A stretch of DNA of 62,953 nucleotides, filler included, from Octopus bimaculoides (taxonomy: Eukaryota), in NCBI RefSeq assembly GCF_001194135.2. It is 6 parts of 5 records of this genome, joined end to end, with 100 filler letters (N's around TTAATTAATTAA, not from the genome) between each part and the next. Parts side by side here need not be neighbours in the genome. Positions count along the whole stretch, not along the records: positions 38,332 to 55,570 come from NC_068983.1; 5 more parts are not named here. One strand, given 5' to 3'. Below the pieces are notes generated by a model. That model made no database searches. It was not told the origin of the DNA and saw only the letters and a list, made by a program, of their open reading frames with translations. This document shows, in pieces, positions 38,762-53,025 of the stretch; within the stretch, counting starts at the first letter, position 1; each line of letters starts with the position of its first letter. Position numbers and translations under genes: made by a program.

Positions 38762-39519
38762 NNNNNNNNNNNNNNNNNNNNNNNNNNNNNNNNNNNNNNN
38801 NNNNNNNNNNNNNNNNNNNNNNNNNNNNNNNNNNNNNNNNNNNNNNNNNNNNNNNNNNNNNNNNNNNNNNNNNNNNNNNNNNNNNNNNNNNNNNNNNNNN
38901 NNNNNNNNNNNNNNNNNNNNNNNNNNNNNNNNNNNNNNNNNNNNNNNNNNNNNNNNNNNNNNNNNNNNNNNNNNNNNNNNNNNNNNNNNNNNNNNNNNNN
39001 NNNNNNNNNNNNNNNNNNNNNNNNNNNNNNNNNNNNNNNNNNNNNNNNNNNNNNNNNNNNNNNNNNNNNNNNNNNNNNNNNNNNNNNNNNNNNNNNNNNN
39101 NNNNNNNNNNNNNNNNNNNNNNNNNNNNNNNNNNNNNNNNNNNNNNNNNNNNNNNNNNNNNNNNNNNNNNNNNNNNNNNNNNNNNNNNNNNNNNNNNNNN
39201 NNNNNNNNNNNNNNNNNNNNNNNNNNNNNNNNNNNNNNNNNNNNNNNNNNNNNNNNNNNNNNNNNNNNNNNNNNNNNNNNNNNNNNNNNNNNNNNNNNNN
39301 NNNNNNNNNNNNNNNNNNNNNNNNNNNNNNNNNNNNNNNNNNNNNNNNNNNNNNNNNNNNNNNNNNNNNNNNNNNNNNNNNNNNNNNNNNNNNNNNNNNN
39401 NNNNNNNNNNNNNNNNNNNNNNNNNNNNNNNNNNNNNNNNNNNNNNNNNNNNNNNNNNNNNNNNNNNNNNNNNNNNNNNNNNNNNNNNNNNNNNNNNNNN
39501 NNNNNNNNNNNNNNNNNNN

Positions 39520-39592
<73 letters not shown>

Positions 39593-40026
39593 AGTGTGTA
39601 TGTGTGTGTGCGCATGTTCGTGTCTGTGCTTCGCCTTTCCTGTCTCATTCCTCAATGAATGAATATACACCGTTAGAAGGTATGGAGCTTTGTTATTGTC
39701 TGAAATTATATATAATGTTGTTGTTGCTTCTGCTGTTGTTGTGCAGCCCCACTTTATTTTTAGACAACAGCCATTCACCATTTAGTCAGTCAATTGATGT
39801 TTGACTATTTAGATATCTGTCTTTGAAGTTATAGCGTGTTTCCGTTCAACTGAGAGTCAGTCTTTTCCATACGCAGTCTTGTATTATATAAGGTAATATC
39901 GCTTATTATGTCCAGTATTTCCGAACGCCTGTAGATTTTTCCGATGATCACAGCAGGTGTTGCACTAAGTATAATAAATTTAAGTGCTGTAGTCGAAATT
40001 ACTCAGCACTTGGTGCTGGTGGTGTG

Positions 40027-40087
40027 CATGATGGACTAAGTTTTACCTGGAAGTCCGGGACTTCCAGGTAGAACTTAATCCATGATG
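40027..40087. repeat. 61-nt near-perfect palindrome/hairpin
   Basis: catgatggactaagttttacctggaagtc-cgg-gacttccaggtagaacttaatccatgatg: 29-bp arms, 3 differences. Confidence 0.9.
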
Positions 40088-41672
40088 TATTAAACATATT
40101 GTTTGTAAGTATTGTTCTGTCCTGTTGACCAAACGTTGTACCAGTAAGCTTAATTATGTTCATGAGACATTTTGCGTCATTATTTTGTCTTCTGTATATC
40201 GTTAAAGTGGAAGTGCATTTTATTTCGTGTTACTGATCAGAAAGGAAACAATTAATATTCTGGGCGCCATTTCAATTTGTTTTGTGGGAACTAAATTTCT
40301 AGGTAAGATATGTAGGGTTATGTAACAGCGTCTATAGAATATTAAGGAGGTGGGATTGTAGGAAGGAAATCTACTCTACGTACTTTCTAGATTTTGAAAA
40401 GCCGTTTAGATTAAAATTAACAAAATGGCTGAGAGAACGTGCCCTTGAGGTATTTTATTCGATAACTGCAGAGTCTAGATACTGGTGTTACTGCTAGGAA
40501 AGGAGACAATAGATTTTGTAAGTGCTAATTTGAACACCACACGAACTTAGCAGCTTGACAAGTATTTTGCTAACCAGAATGTTAAGTTGCTACTTAAGGA
40601 TATTTTGAGTATTGTATATATGAGTAGACAGCAGGGAATGGTGCTGAAATTTATGCTGATATCAGGTGTAATTAGAATGTTATACATAGATGGTACTGTG
40701 TTAGTGAATTCATTATGACTTTTTGTTTTATTATTTTGATGTTTGTAACTAACGTTATACATTTCTGTTCTGAGGTGTGAATGTATGTGATGCTGAAAAT
40801 TAACGCTTCCAACATTTTTGTCTGATGCATAGGAGATGAAGTGCCAATATAACATAAGTTCAATTCAGGTTATTAATTTGCACTGTGAGATTCTCAGAAA
40901 TTCACGGCGTTGACAGGAGTATTTGCAGCTATTCCTTTAGTTGCTAGAAAGTATGATTTACATTCAAGATTTTGCCTAATCATGAGATTCTTTTGGTTTA
41001 GATTTTAGATTTCCCTATCACTTTTTTGTCTATGAGTTAGAAGGAAAAGGTGGAGGCCTATGACCTGGAGAAAGTTTGTGCTTTTTTTATGTATTTGTTG
41101 CTGCTTTTGTATGGAATTTGATAGTTGATTTTCAAGAAAGATCTGATAAATGCGGTCGCCATTGATGTCACCAATGCTGCTAATTAGAGTATATAGTGTT
41201 ATAAATTTAATTCAGTCGTTTACGTTATGTGCAAATATTTGCAAGTTTTTTTTTTCCTTTTTTCTTTTATTTTCTATGATATATTGTTTATTATTAGTAG
41301 TATTAGTTTTTTGTTGAGATATTTCCAACTGAAATTTATTTTCTTTGTGTCTGCTTCTGTGTATTGTATTTGAAGTTGTCGCTCTTTATTATTTTAGTTA
41401 TACTATTTCATTTGATAAAAAGACAAAAAAAAAACCTATATTCCTGGTGAGTAATTCTTGTTGTTTTAAGAAGCATTTTAATATTTGTTAATTTAGATGC
41501 GTCAAAAATGATCTTGTTAATTTTATACGCATGTGTACATACAGTGTCTATTGTTCGTATATGTACATTTACACGCACGCGCGCACAACCACGCACAAAC
41601 ACACACACACACACGCACACACACGCACACACACAGACACACACACAGACACACACACAGACACACACACAG

Positions 41673-41715
<43 letters not shown>

Positions 41716-41818
41716 TTTGTGTGTGTCCTTGTGTAAGTGGGTTTACACATATATTTACAGGTGTTTATGTGTGTGTGTATGTGTGTGTGTATGTGCGTGC
41801 GCGTGCGCGTGTGTGTGT

Positions 41819-41855
<37 letters not shown>

Positions 41856-42407
41856 TCTGCGCATTCATCATACATTTTCACAGTCTCTAAATATATTGTA
41901 TGGTATTTAATAATTGTTTACCTCATTTGATAAATTAAAGCCACTGGCTATTCTGAATTATTTCTCTTAATTTTTGTTTTTAATTATATATCTATAGTAC
42001 TGGAGGCCAAATTTTTCTCTACTTCCTTTATATATATATATCTGAATCTTACGTCTACTGGAGACAAGATATGACAGCCCCTGTGGGGATGAAGCACAAT
42101 GAGTTCGTTATATGTGCCCAGAGATGTTCTCTTCAGTTCATAGAAAACAAAAATGAACTATTTTCCCCTAATTACGTGTCAGCTTCGAAGAATTGTTGCT
42201 TCTTGCAATTATCTCCCCTTACTCAGTCATATTTACAATTTATATGTTATATCATATACAATTTTTCGTCTTTGTATACGTTTAAGTGCATCATCATAGG
42301 AACTACAACATAAATACAAAGGTAATTTCAACTAAGTTTGGCTGAACTTGAATTCCTGGAAGAGAACGTAGTTAAATAACTCATATGCTATAGGCGATAA
42401 ATAAGTC

Positions 42408-42619
42408 TACCTTCCAAACTTGCCACTTGACAGGTACTCGGTGTAAAATAAGTCTAGGACTGTCACAATCGGCAAGAACTTCTTAAATTTCTGTGGTGAA
42501 TGATTGTAGAAATAAGGACGAAAAGAACATGAATTTCTGTGGGAGGTCTGATAAACAAAAAACAAAAAAAATCTTTACCTTCCAAACTTGCCACTTGACA
42601 GGTACTCGGTGTAAAATAA
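42408..42619. repeat. Perfect 44-bp direct repeat, period 168
   Basis: taccttccaaacttgccacttgacaggtactcggtgtaaaataa at 42408-42451 and 42576-42619. Confidence 0.9.
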
Positions 42620-43139
42620 ATTGTAAAGGAAGAGAAAATATACATCCTACATAACCACGGAAATAAAAACGTCTTGGAGAAGATAATATAGAATAAAATA
42701 TAGAATCGATACAGGTAAATGTAAATAAATGATAAAAATAGGAAAAAATAGAATGATTGGAAGTAAATATAAAATAAACAAAGGAAGCAAAAGGAAATGA
42801 AGCGAAGGAGAACAATTCAAAGACAGACAGATTATCTTGTTGAATGTAAACACAGTAGAACTATTACTCAAAACATAAAACATGAAGTAGACTTGGAAGG
42901 AACAAGAACAGTGCAACAAAAGCAAATACGAACAAAAATAATTTATAGGAATGAAGACAAAAATGAACAAAGAGAAAATTCAAGACAGAAATTAAGAAGA
43001 GGACGTCAGAAAGGGTATAGAGGGGGGGGGGGATGAAAGAAATTGGAACAAAGTAAAAAATAATGGCGAATTAAAAGATATAAAATACACAAACACATAC
43101 ACATAAACACTTATGTACATAGGAATGCGTGTGTGTAGT

Positions 43140-43246
43140 TAGATGCATATATATATAGTTATATATATATGCATACGATATATATATATAGATAGAGATA
43201 GATATATTTATATATCCATACTTACATTCATATTAAACATTCATAC

Positions 43247-43301
<55 letters not shown>

Positions 43302-43394
43302 CTAACATTCATATTATATATTCATACATATATATAAATATATATATAATATGAATGTATGTATAAATGTAGATATTGACAGAGATATATACAC

Positions 43395-43429
<35 letters not shown>

Positions 43430-43607
43430 GCTATAGATAGATATATAGATATAGATATATACATATATATATATGTATGTACATATATGTATAAATATGT
43501 ACACACACACACACATATATATATGTACACACATACACATAGATATACACAGACATACAGAGATGCACGTACACGCACACATTTACTTATAGTGGGAGAG
43601 AGGAGGA

Positions 43608-43668
<61 letters not shown>

Positions 43669-43690
43669 GGCAGGCAGACGGGCAGAGATA
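43140..43690. repeat. Degenerate (TA)n/(CA)n/(GACA)n microsatellite block
   Basis: Directly visible. Confidence 0.9.
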
Positions 43691-44361
43691 GACATAAACA
43701 CAAACTAATTTATAACAGGCATATATATTCACTGAAAAATTAAAACATGAATTTTGGCTATTACAAAGATACACAGAGACACAGAGCCAGACGCCGGTAC
43801 ACCCACTTACACACACGCGCGCACACACCTATATGGAGAGTGGGATACGAGTGAGAGAGAGTGGTAAGATATAATGAAATGTATTCAAGATGGGATAGGT
43901 TCGCTTGCGAAATTACTGGTTTGAAACAGAAAGAGTTAATTGCGACGCATATATGTGTATGTTTGTATATTTGTGTGTGTGACTGTGTCTATGTGTATCA
44001 TTGTGTATAATAAATGAGTATTTTGTGGTAATAAAAACTTAAATGGTTCAATACACACAGCTGTTAGAAGCCCGTGCAGTCTGATATATATAATTACTTA
44101 CAGTTAGAGTAAAGAGAATTACATATGGCCTGAAAAAGTAGTGTTTCTTCCAACCAGCATCTTTATTTCTAATACATACCTGCGATTGAAACAGAAAGTT
44201 TCTTCTAACTTTACTACTACATACAATATAACAAGCATCTGGTAGGACGAAGTAGTATTTTAGATCGTATGTAATTCCAAGATGAATGACTATATACATA
44301 CTTACACATGCATATGCAAATTTCAGCCCAACTATAATTTCCAGCACACAGACATACATAT

Positions 44362-44524
44362 GGGCGCAGGCGTGGCTGAGTGGTAAGTAGCTTACTTGCC
44401 AATCACATGGTTGCTAGTTCAGTCCCACTGCGTGACACCTTGGGTAAGTATCTTCTACTATAGCCTCGAGCCGACCAAAGCCTTGTGAGTGGATTTGGTA
44501 GACGAAACAGAAAGAAGTCCGTCG

Positions 44525-44621
<97 letters not shown>

Positions 44622-44742
44622 CATCTCCCAACATCGCTTGACAACCGATGTTGGTGTGTTTACGCCCTCGTAACTAAGCGGTTTCAGCAAAAGCGACTGA
44701 TAGGATAAGTACTTGGCTTACAAAGAATAAGTTCTAGGATCG
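44362..44742 (+). mobile_element. SINE family A with expanded internal (TA)(TG)n
   Basis: gggcgcaggcgtggctgagtggtaagtagc..gacaccttgggtaagt..; internal tract 44524-44618; 3' half catcgcttgacaaccgatg. Confidence 0.9.
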
Positions 44743-45005
44743 AATGAATGCCTTAACACATATATACATACACACAAATACACATCTTGCGTAATGCTGA
44801 CGAAGTCTTACATTTCATCTCTCTATACTCCGACCAAATGAGAAATATAATTTAAATTAATTTTAAAAAGTATCTCTGAAATTCTCTTACCGGTTGGTTA
44901 ATGAGACTATACCTAAATCCTCTGCAAAATATTATAGTAATGCTATTTATAGAATCGGTTTCTAAAAGATAACATTCAGTAATATTGAAGTTAGAATCCT
45001 ATACG

Positions 45006-45059
<54 letters not shown>

Positions 45060-45214
45060 AATATATGAGTATATGCATGTATATGTACATGTATGTATAT
45101 ACGTTCATCTACATGTACATATAGATACATAACTGGGTACATGACGTGGCAAAAGAACAAGGACAAGATGGTAATCAAGGTGCAACAAACAAGCAGGCCA
45201 CATAGAAACATCCC

Positions 45215-45325
45215 CTTGGACCGAGGCTGTAGTAGGAAACACTTGACCAAAGTGCCACGCAGTGAGACTGAAACTGGAACCATGTGGTTGGAAAGCAAGA
45301 CACCTACTATACATCCGCACCTGCT
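45215..45325 (-). mobile_element. Decayed SINE family A head
   Basis: Minus cttgctttccaaccacatggttccagtttcagtctcactgcgtggcactttggtcaagtgttt. Confidence 0.7.
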
Positions 45326-45558
45326 TAACTATACTATAAATTAAACATGTATTCTTTCTTGTCTCGAGGTTCACGGCCAAACGGCTGGATGGATTCGCGT
45401 GAAAAATGGCACACATATGGATACAGGTGCATAGATTGGAACGCGCTTTTTATTTTTCCTAGCTCCCATAGTTTCCGAGAAAATCGATTGAAACAACCTG
45501 CGTGCGTGTATGTGAGTGTGTCACTGAAGCCATTCATATATACATACATACATAACCA

Positions 45559-45589
<31 letters not shown>

Positions 45590-47205
45590 TCTCTTTCTCT
45601 CCCTCTCTCTCCGCTTTTCTCTGTCAATCCCTCACACATTCACTTACTACAAAAACTGAATAAAAGAATTCAGTTATCTCTCTCTCTCTTTCTTTCTTTC
45701 TCTTTCTCTCTCATATACACACACACCGTCAACATTACTCTCTCTGTCTCGCACACCCCATCAAACATACACACACACAGACATACGCACACACATCAAT
45801 TCTTCCGTCTCACGCCAACTTCGAAACAAGTTCAGTCATAAAATTGTCCATGTCTCTTTTCATTTGACTCTCGCTTCAAAAGATCTCCTTTCCCCAAAAC
45901 ACATATTAAAAAAATATTTTCACTTGTCCGGCCATTGATCGAGAGATAAAATACAAACAACCTCATGCTGACTGCAAAACTCCCACAAAATTAGCCGCAA
46001 AAAACACACACTCACATGCGTCCATTTCATATGTCTTTCACTTTCCCTATGATTATACCCACGTCCAATACAATAGCGCTCACATACATTTTCGTCTACA
46101 GCAGGTATGTATCTATTCTATAATATAAGTTGTTTTTCTATAAGCCTATAACAATTACTTATTTCCCCGTTAATTCTTACAGCTTCCTTTTCTGTTAAAG
46201 CAATTCTTAACGTCAACTTCTTAATGCTTCTTCTATTTTTTCTTAGTCCTCATACTTACTGAGAACATCGATTAAAACATTTTCTAATGCAATTCCCCTT
46301 TCTTCTGCCATTCACACAACCTGTTGCCCACACACCTTACAGTTTCTCATTCAAACTACATAATACGCAGAATTGTCGCATTAATACAGTAGGGTGTTTT
46401 GAGGGAGATTTGGCTGCTATTTCTACCAGGTCTACCTACCATGTAGAGGTCTGAACTTATTTTTCATTCACAGATATGTATTTCAAACATTTACCATAAT
46501 CTTTTCCATAAATCAAACAGACTGGGTGAAACCGGGTTTAGCTGCTAGTATATANNNNNNNNNNNNNNNNNNNNNNNNNNNNNNNNNNNNNNNNNNNNNN
46601 NNNNNNNNNNNNNNNNNNNNNNNNNNNNNNNNNNNNNNNNNNNNNNNNNNNNNNNNNNNNNNNNNNNNNNNNNNNNNNNNNNNNNNNNNNNNNNNNNNNN
46701 NNNNNNNNNNNNNNNNNNNNNNNNNNNNNNNNNNNNNNNNNNNNNNNNNNNNNNNNNNNNNNNNNNNNNNNNNNNNNNNNNNNNNNNNNNNNNNNNNNNN
46801 NNNNNNNNNNNNNNNNNNNNNNNNNNNNNNNNNNNNNNNNNNNNNNNNNNNNNNNNNNNNNNNNNNNNNNNNNNNNNNNNNNNNNNNNNNNNNNNNNNNN
46901 NNNNNNNNNNNNNNNNNNNNNNNNNNNNNNNNNNNNNNNNNNNNNNNNNNNNNNNNNNNNNNNNNNNNNNNNNNNNNNNNNNNNNNNNNNNNNNNNNNNN
47001 NNNNNNNNNNNNNNNNNNNNNNNNNNNNNNNNNNNNNNNNNNNNNNNNNNNNNNNNNNNNNNNNNNNNNNNNNNNNNNNNNNNNNNNNNNNNNNNNNNNN
47101 NNNNNNNNNNNNNNNNNNNNNNNNNNNNNNNNNNNNNNNNNNNNNNNNNNNNNNNNNNNNNNNNNNNNNNNNNNNNNNNNNNNNNNNNNNNNNNNNNNNN
47201 NNNNN

Positions 47206-47245
<40 letters not shown>

Positions 47246-50200
47246 GTCTATTTATGCATCTATGTATATTTATATACATTTGTATGGAGAGAGAGAGAAA
47301 GAGAGTGAGAGAGAAACAGACAGACGAACAGAAAGACTTAGACAAAACAGAATGTAGAAATAAATAGATAGATCATTAAATAGATGTACATAAATTATGC
47401 AATATACAGAGAGAACTAACCTAAGAAACATATGGGGGAATGATAAGAACATGAATATCAAAAATCTATAAAATTAAATAAATAAAATGAAAAGTGGTGA
47501 GCAAATATAATGCTTACTGGGAAAATTTTAGAAATACACTATAAGGAATAATAAACGTATACGCATACATATATATATATTTACATACAAANNNNNNNNN
47601 NNNNNNNNNNNNNNNNNNNNNNNNNNNNNNNNNNNNNNNNNNNNNNNNNNNNNNNNNNNNNNNNNNNNNNNNNNNNNNNNNNNNNNNNNNNNNNNNNNNN
47701 NNNNNNNNNNNNNNNNNNNNNNNNNNNNNNNNNNNNNNNNNNNNNNNNNNNNNNNNNNNNNNNNNNNNNNNNNNNNNNNNNNNNNNNNNNNNNNNNNNNN
47801 NNNNNNNNNNNNNNNNNNNNNNNNNNNNNNNNNNNNNNNNNNNNNNNNNNNNNNNNNNNNNNNNNNNNNNNNNNNNNNNNNNNNNNNNNNNNNNNNNNNN
47901 NNNNNNNNNNNNNNNNNNNNNNNNNNNNNNNNNNNNNNNNNNNNNNNNNNNNNNNNNNNNNNNNNNNNNNNNNNNNNNNNNNNNNNNNNNNNNNNNNNNN
48001 NNNNNNNNNNNNNNNNNNNNNNNNNNNNNNNNNNNNNNNNNNNNNNNTATATATATATATATATTATATATATGTATATACATATATACATATACATACG
48101 TAGTAGGTACGTACGTATATATCTGTGTATGTATGCATGTACGTATGTTTGGATATATATATATATATATCCATAAAGAAGTTACAAATAGAACGAAAAG
48201 ATATATTTGAAAAAAATATTAAGCATAAGCCAGAAGAAAGAAAATATTTCAAAAATATCACGAAAAACATTGTTTTATACATGAGCTACAACCTAAGAAG
48301 TATAGTAAACAAATATGAGAAATAAATACAGAAGTGTAGAATAGAAGGAAAAAAAATCAATGACAAAATAATGAGCGGATAAAACGAAGACTGGAAAACG
48401 GACAAAGAAGTCAAATAAGTATAGACGGCAATATGAGACAAAATGACCAATAAGAGCAAAGTAAACATGAGATTGATCGCTCCAAATGACTGAGTACTTA
48501 TTAAGTGGCGATATCACATTCTAGTTGAGTATAATGAAACCTTGAAAGTACAAGAAAAATGACATACAATAAATAAAAAATTGAGACCATGATTTTATTA
48601 ATACGAAGAAGACATATCAAATACTGTGGTTAAAGTTCTTAAATGAATATGTTATGAAGACAAATTACACACATTATATACTTTTCTATACATTTTTCTT
48701 ACGAATATCCTTTCCGTAATATTTTCTGTGTTTTAGCTAACTTTTCTCATATAAAATACTTTCATAATTCTTTTTTTTTTTCATTTTGTCTGTATTGTCT
48801 GTTTTAACCTGGTAATTCAGTTCTGACTAATGGATATGTCCCAACATTTAATAGTTTAGATATAGGTGCTCTTTTGATAGATTGAGGTGGGCCGGAAATC
48901 ACTTAACTACTGTAGATGAGGAAACTATATTTCGTTGCGTTTTTTCTTTTTTTTTATTTTTGTCTGAAGATCAAAGTTCGAATAATATTTTTCATATAAT
49001 AGCAATTTATCTCGAAGAATAGCAATCTCAAAAATATTTAATTCTCATAGTTAATTGTTTTCTTATTGTGTGTTTTTAATTGATTCGTAACCTCTTATCG
49101 AACGTAACTGGAATATTTTTCAAAGTAATTTAGGTAGTTGATTTAGGAAAGGGATTCACAACGTGATCTGAATAAATCATCAGTTTCATAATTTTCAGAA
49201 GATATGCCAAATTCTATATTTTGCTTTGACAAATACTGAAACGTTTCTTTCCAATAGAAATAATTTTCGGCGCAAGTAAGCGAAAACAATTGTCGACAAT
49301 ATATTCACGATTCAAATGTGATATTTGCCGAAAGATTTTTCAGAGAAGCATATATTTTTCTTCAATGCGTATTACACTGGATGCGTCTGTTTCTGTAGTT
49401 CCTACAAAGACGAATGGGCGGCAAAGCAACCAGGTGCAAGAACATTTTAGGGAGTAGACGTCCTCGTTCATTATCCAGTTTAAGGATGGAGGCACACTTA
49501 GAATAATTCCACTCAAATATCCAGTAAAATATATTCCTTGCTTCATTCCACCAGTCTCCGAGAACCTGGAAAGAGATCTGTGCTCTTGTTTTTTCCTTGT
49601 AAATTGTGAGAAAGCATGGTTGAATTTATTTGTTTGTGGGGTTTTGTTTTTCATAAAGATTTGTGGTAATTATCTTATTCTAATCAGTAGAGCTGCGTTA
49701 CAAAACGTGTCACGTACATTCTCATGAGTCTTTAGAAAAATTGGATTTATATTATTATGCAAATAATTGAAAGAATAAATGATAGTGCTCATTACCAGCT
49801 TTTCAAATTACAAGAAAAATCAAGAGAAGGGAGGGAGAAACATGTCAAGATTAATATTTCATCCTCAGATCATATCAGTTCTAACTGGTGAGTAAAATTT
49901 TGGTAAACAAATGCCTAATGAAAACGGCAAACAAAAAACAGGCTGTGATGTTAAACTGCCTGACATTAAATCTCATCCTCGATTGCGTATTTCTGCTCAA
50001 TTTTCGAATACTGAACTCCATTCCCTGGGTTGGAAACGACATGAAGCTATGAAACCGGAAACTACATGATTGCGTAGCTAAGTTATTGTTCACGAAGCTT
50101 CATATGCCTTTAAATTTTCTATGGCGTGGCAAAAGATTGTCGCGAAGCCAAACGTTATGAAGTCTACCAATAAAAAGGAGAAACTGGAGAAAGTGCGATA

Positions 50201-50615
50201 TAAATCAGTCTTTTAAATGTTTGTTTTGCCAGATGTAAGAAAACAATTAATTGATTCCTTGTAGTCAATAAAAGTTATCCCATTAAATATATCATCGATG
50301 GCCGAAAGAAAAAAGTGACATATATTTATTTTTAATCTTATGACAGGTATTCACACATACAAACACACTCGGATACTCTCAAAAACAGAAAAGAAACAAA
50401 AGGCACACACATACACATACATACACACAGAGTAGGAATGTAAATGCACAAACACACATACACACCCACACACAGACACGGTATTTATTTATTTTGCAAT
50501 TGATTTTGTCTACTTCATCATTCAATTTTAATCTAAGAAGACAATTTACGAAAATAAATATTTGACAACATATCAATGTATATAAATATGTATATACATA
50601 TTTATATATATGCAT

Positions 50616-50686
<71 letters not shown>

Positions 50687-51704
50687 CGATTAATAATAAT
50701 TCATACATACATATTTCTGAACAAAACACACGTAGTCTCTAGATACATTCATATATAATTTAATTTTCAAGAAAATTTTCCGATAAGCTTATAATAAATA
50801 TATGCCAAATATAATATACTGAAGAGGATCAGAAAATGACATCTGACAAACATTATTTAGGTGGGAAATATCTGGACAAAACAAGTCGATGTTACTTAGA
50901 AATGACTTTTTCTAGTGAAAGAAAAATTGTTCGAGAAATAGAGCAGCATTAAGACTATTACCAACACACACACATACACATAATCACATACACACGAGTA
51001 CACGCATATACATATTATATATATATATATATATTTGTATGTGTGAATGTATGTATGAATGTATGTATGTGATTTGTAATTGTGTATGGAAAGGTTTGTG
51101 TACAATAATGGAAAAAGAATACTCAATATTAAAAGTAGAGTTTTCCATCTTATTTGAATGGGAATGTTCATAATTCGTGACACGGTTTCTCATTTATGAA
51201 CGTAGGATCAAAGTGAACAATACAAAATAAGAGAATTATTATAAAGAGATGTAATAGAAAGTTTAGGGTATAATCATAAATTTTTAATAGAATTATTATA
51301 TTTTTTACCATATTACCAAGGTACATTAAATTATTAAAACAAATCACATCAAAATGAATATAAAAGTAAAGAATATAAAGGGATTAGGGGTTATGCAATG
51401 TGTGTCAGGAAGGTGAAAACCTGAGAAAGATATATAACACAGAATAGCGGAAAAAGAATTGGCAAAAATGTTAAAGCGAAAAATATAAAAATATTTAAGA
51501 AAACAAATTGTTAATAAGTGTTATGAATATAAAACAAAAAGTTAGTGAAGTAAAATGATGGCAAATGGGAATAAAAAATAAGGCTTGAAGAAAAAAGAAG
51601 AAAAACAAGGATGGAGAACAAACGAACATTTTAAAAGGAATAAATTAAATTAAGTGCTAGAATATCATGTACAGGTGTGCAGCTAAGCCAAGAATTATAA
51701 TCTT

Positions 51705-51786
51705 TTCTATTCTAGGCACAAGTCCCAAAATATTGGCGGAGGGGGGCAATCGATTAGATCGACCCCAGTACTCAACTGGTACTTAA
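51705..51786 (-). mobile_element. SINE family C 3' fragment
   Basis: Minus attaagtaccagttgagtactggggtcgatctaatcgattg..ttgtgcctagaatagaaaa. Confidence 0.7.
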
Positions 51787-52453
51787 TATAAAACACATGA
51801 TTTATTGTCGTATTTTAAACTTTGAATCCGTACCTAGTGTTATTTATTTCGTTTAATAGTGGGATCAGTGCCATGCAAAAGAATAATGGGGAGATGGAGT
51901 TATCTTGAAAGATGCCTCGCTTAATGTGATGTTAGTTTGGCTCATCCCTTTACAATGGTTTAGAAGGAGACGTGTGTTCTACTTGACCATGCTTTGTGAG
52001 AGTTTGGAGAGGACAAGAGAGATCTTATATTTCTCAAGGACCTTGAGTATTCAATTATGTGGCACACTATCAAACGTGTTTTTTCTTTTTATTTTCTGTG
52101 TGCGTGCGTGTGTGTCGTGTAGGCATTATTTATGTTGTTATGAATATTAACATGTACATGTATAGGTAATTATTCAATTTAAGTACTTAGTGTAATTGAT
52201 GTGCTTTTCCAGGGTTCCTGGTGCTGGTTTCGACTTCTCGCTTATGTTGCATCAAGACATCGTACTTTTAAGAAAGAAATTATAATTAATATGACAAAGA
52301 TCTTTCCGGTTTTTTAGTTCGTCTGCTTGAACAGAACTTTTCCCATTGTTGTATTGCGAAGTTTTTCTTCCATCGCACCAATGTTATTGGATTGAGCTTG
52401 CTTTGTGGATAGAGCTTCTTAGTGTACGTTCATGTTGTTATTTAGCCTGGAGC

Positions 52454-52520
<67 letters not shown>

Positions 52521-52523
<3 letters not shown>

Positions 52524-52762
52524 GCCTTTGCACAGCTTCTAATGCTGGAGATGTATTATAGTGTCAGTCGTTCACTACCAGTGAACTAAGATAACACCCC
52601 TTATTTTTCGAGCACCTTCCGGAGTATTCGAGCGGTTCCAAGCAGTGCTGTTTTCTGCGAGTGCTCCACGCTTATTGTAGCCCCTATTTGTTCCACGTAC
52701 TTCTCGAGATGTTTACTCCCTGTTCCCAGGGCTCCGACAATTATTGGTACTACTGCTACCGC

Positions 52763-52765
<3 letters not shown>
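52521..52765 (-). mobile_element. R4/Dong-type LINE 3' end, type 4
   Basis: VVPIIVGALGTGSKHLEKYVEQIGATISVEHSQKTALLGTARILRKVLEK* plus 3' UTR, flanked by (TTA)n on both sides. Confidence 0.85.
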
Positions 52766-52807
<42 letters not shown>

Positions 52808-52808
52808 G

Positions 52809-53025
<217 letters not shown>

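Noticed and set aside
40547-40855. Minus ORF ending LTFWLAKYLSSC, reminiscent of Penelope RT
   Set aside because: One short motif only; neighbouring RT motifs are not recoverable.
42408-42619. Direct repeats with a spacer, CRISPR-like
   Set aside because: Only two copies, a 124-bp spacer, no cas genes, eukaryotic context.
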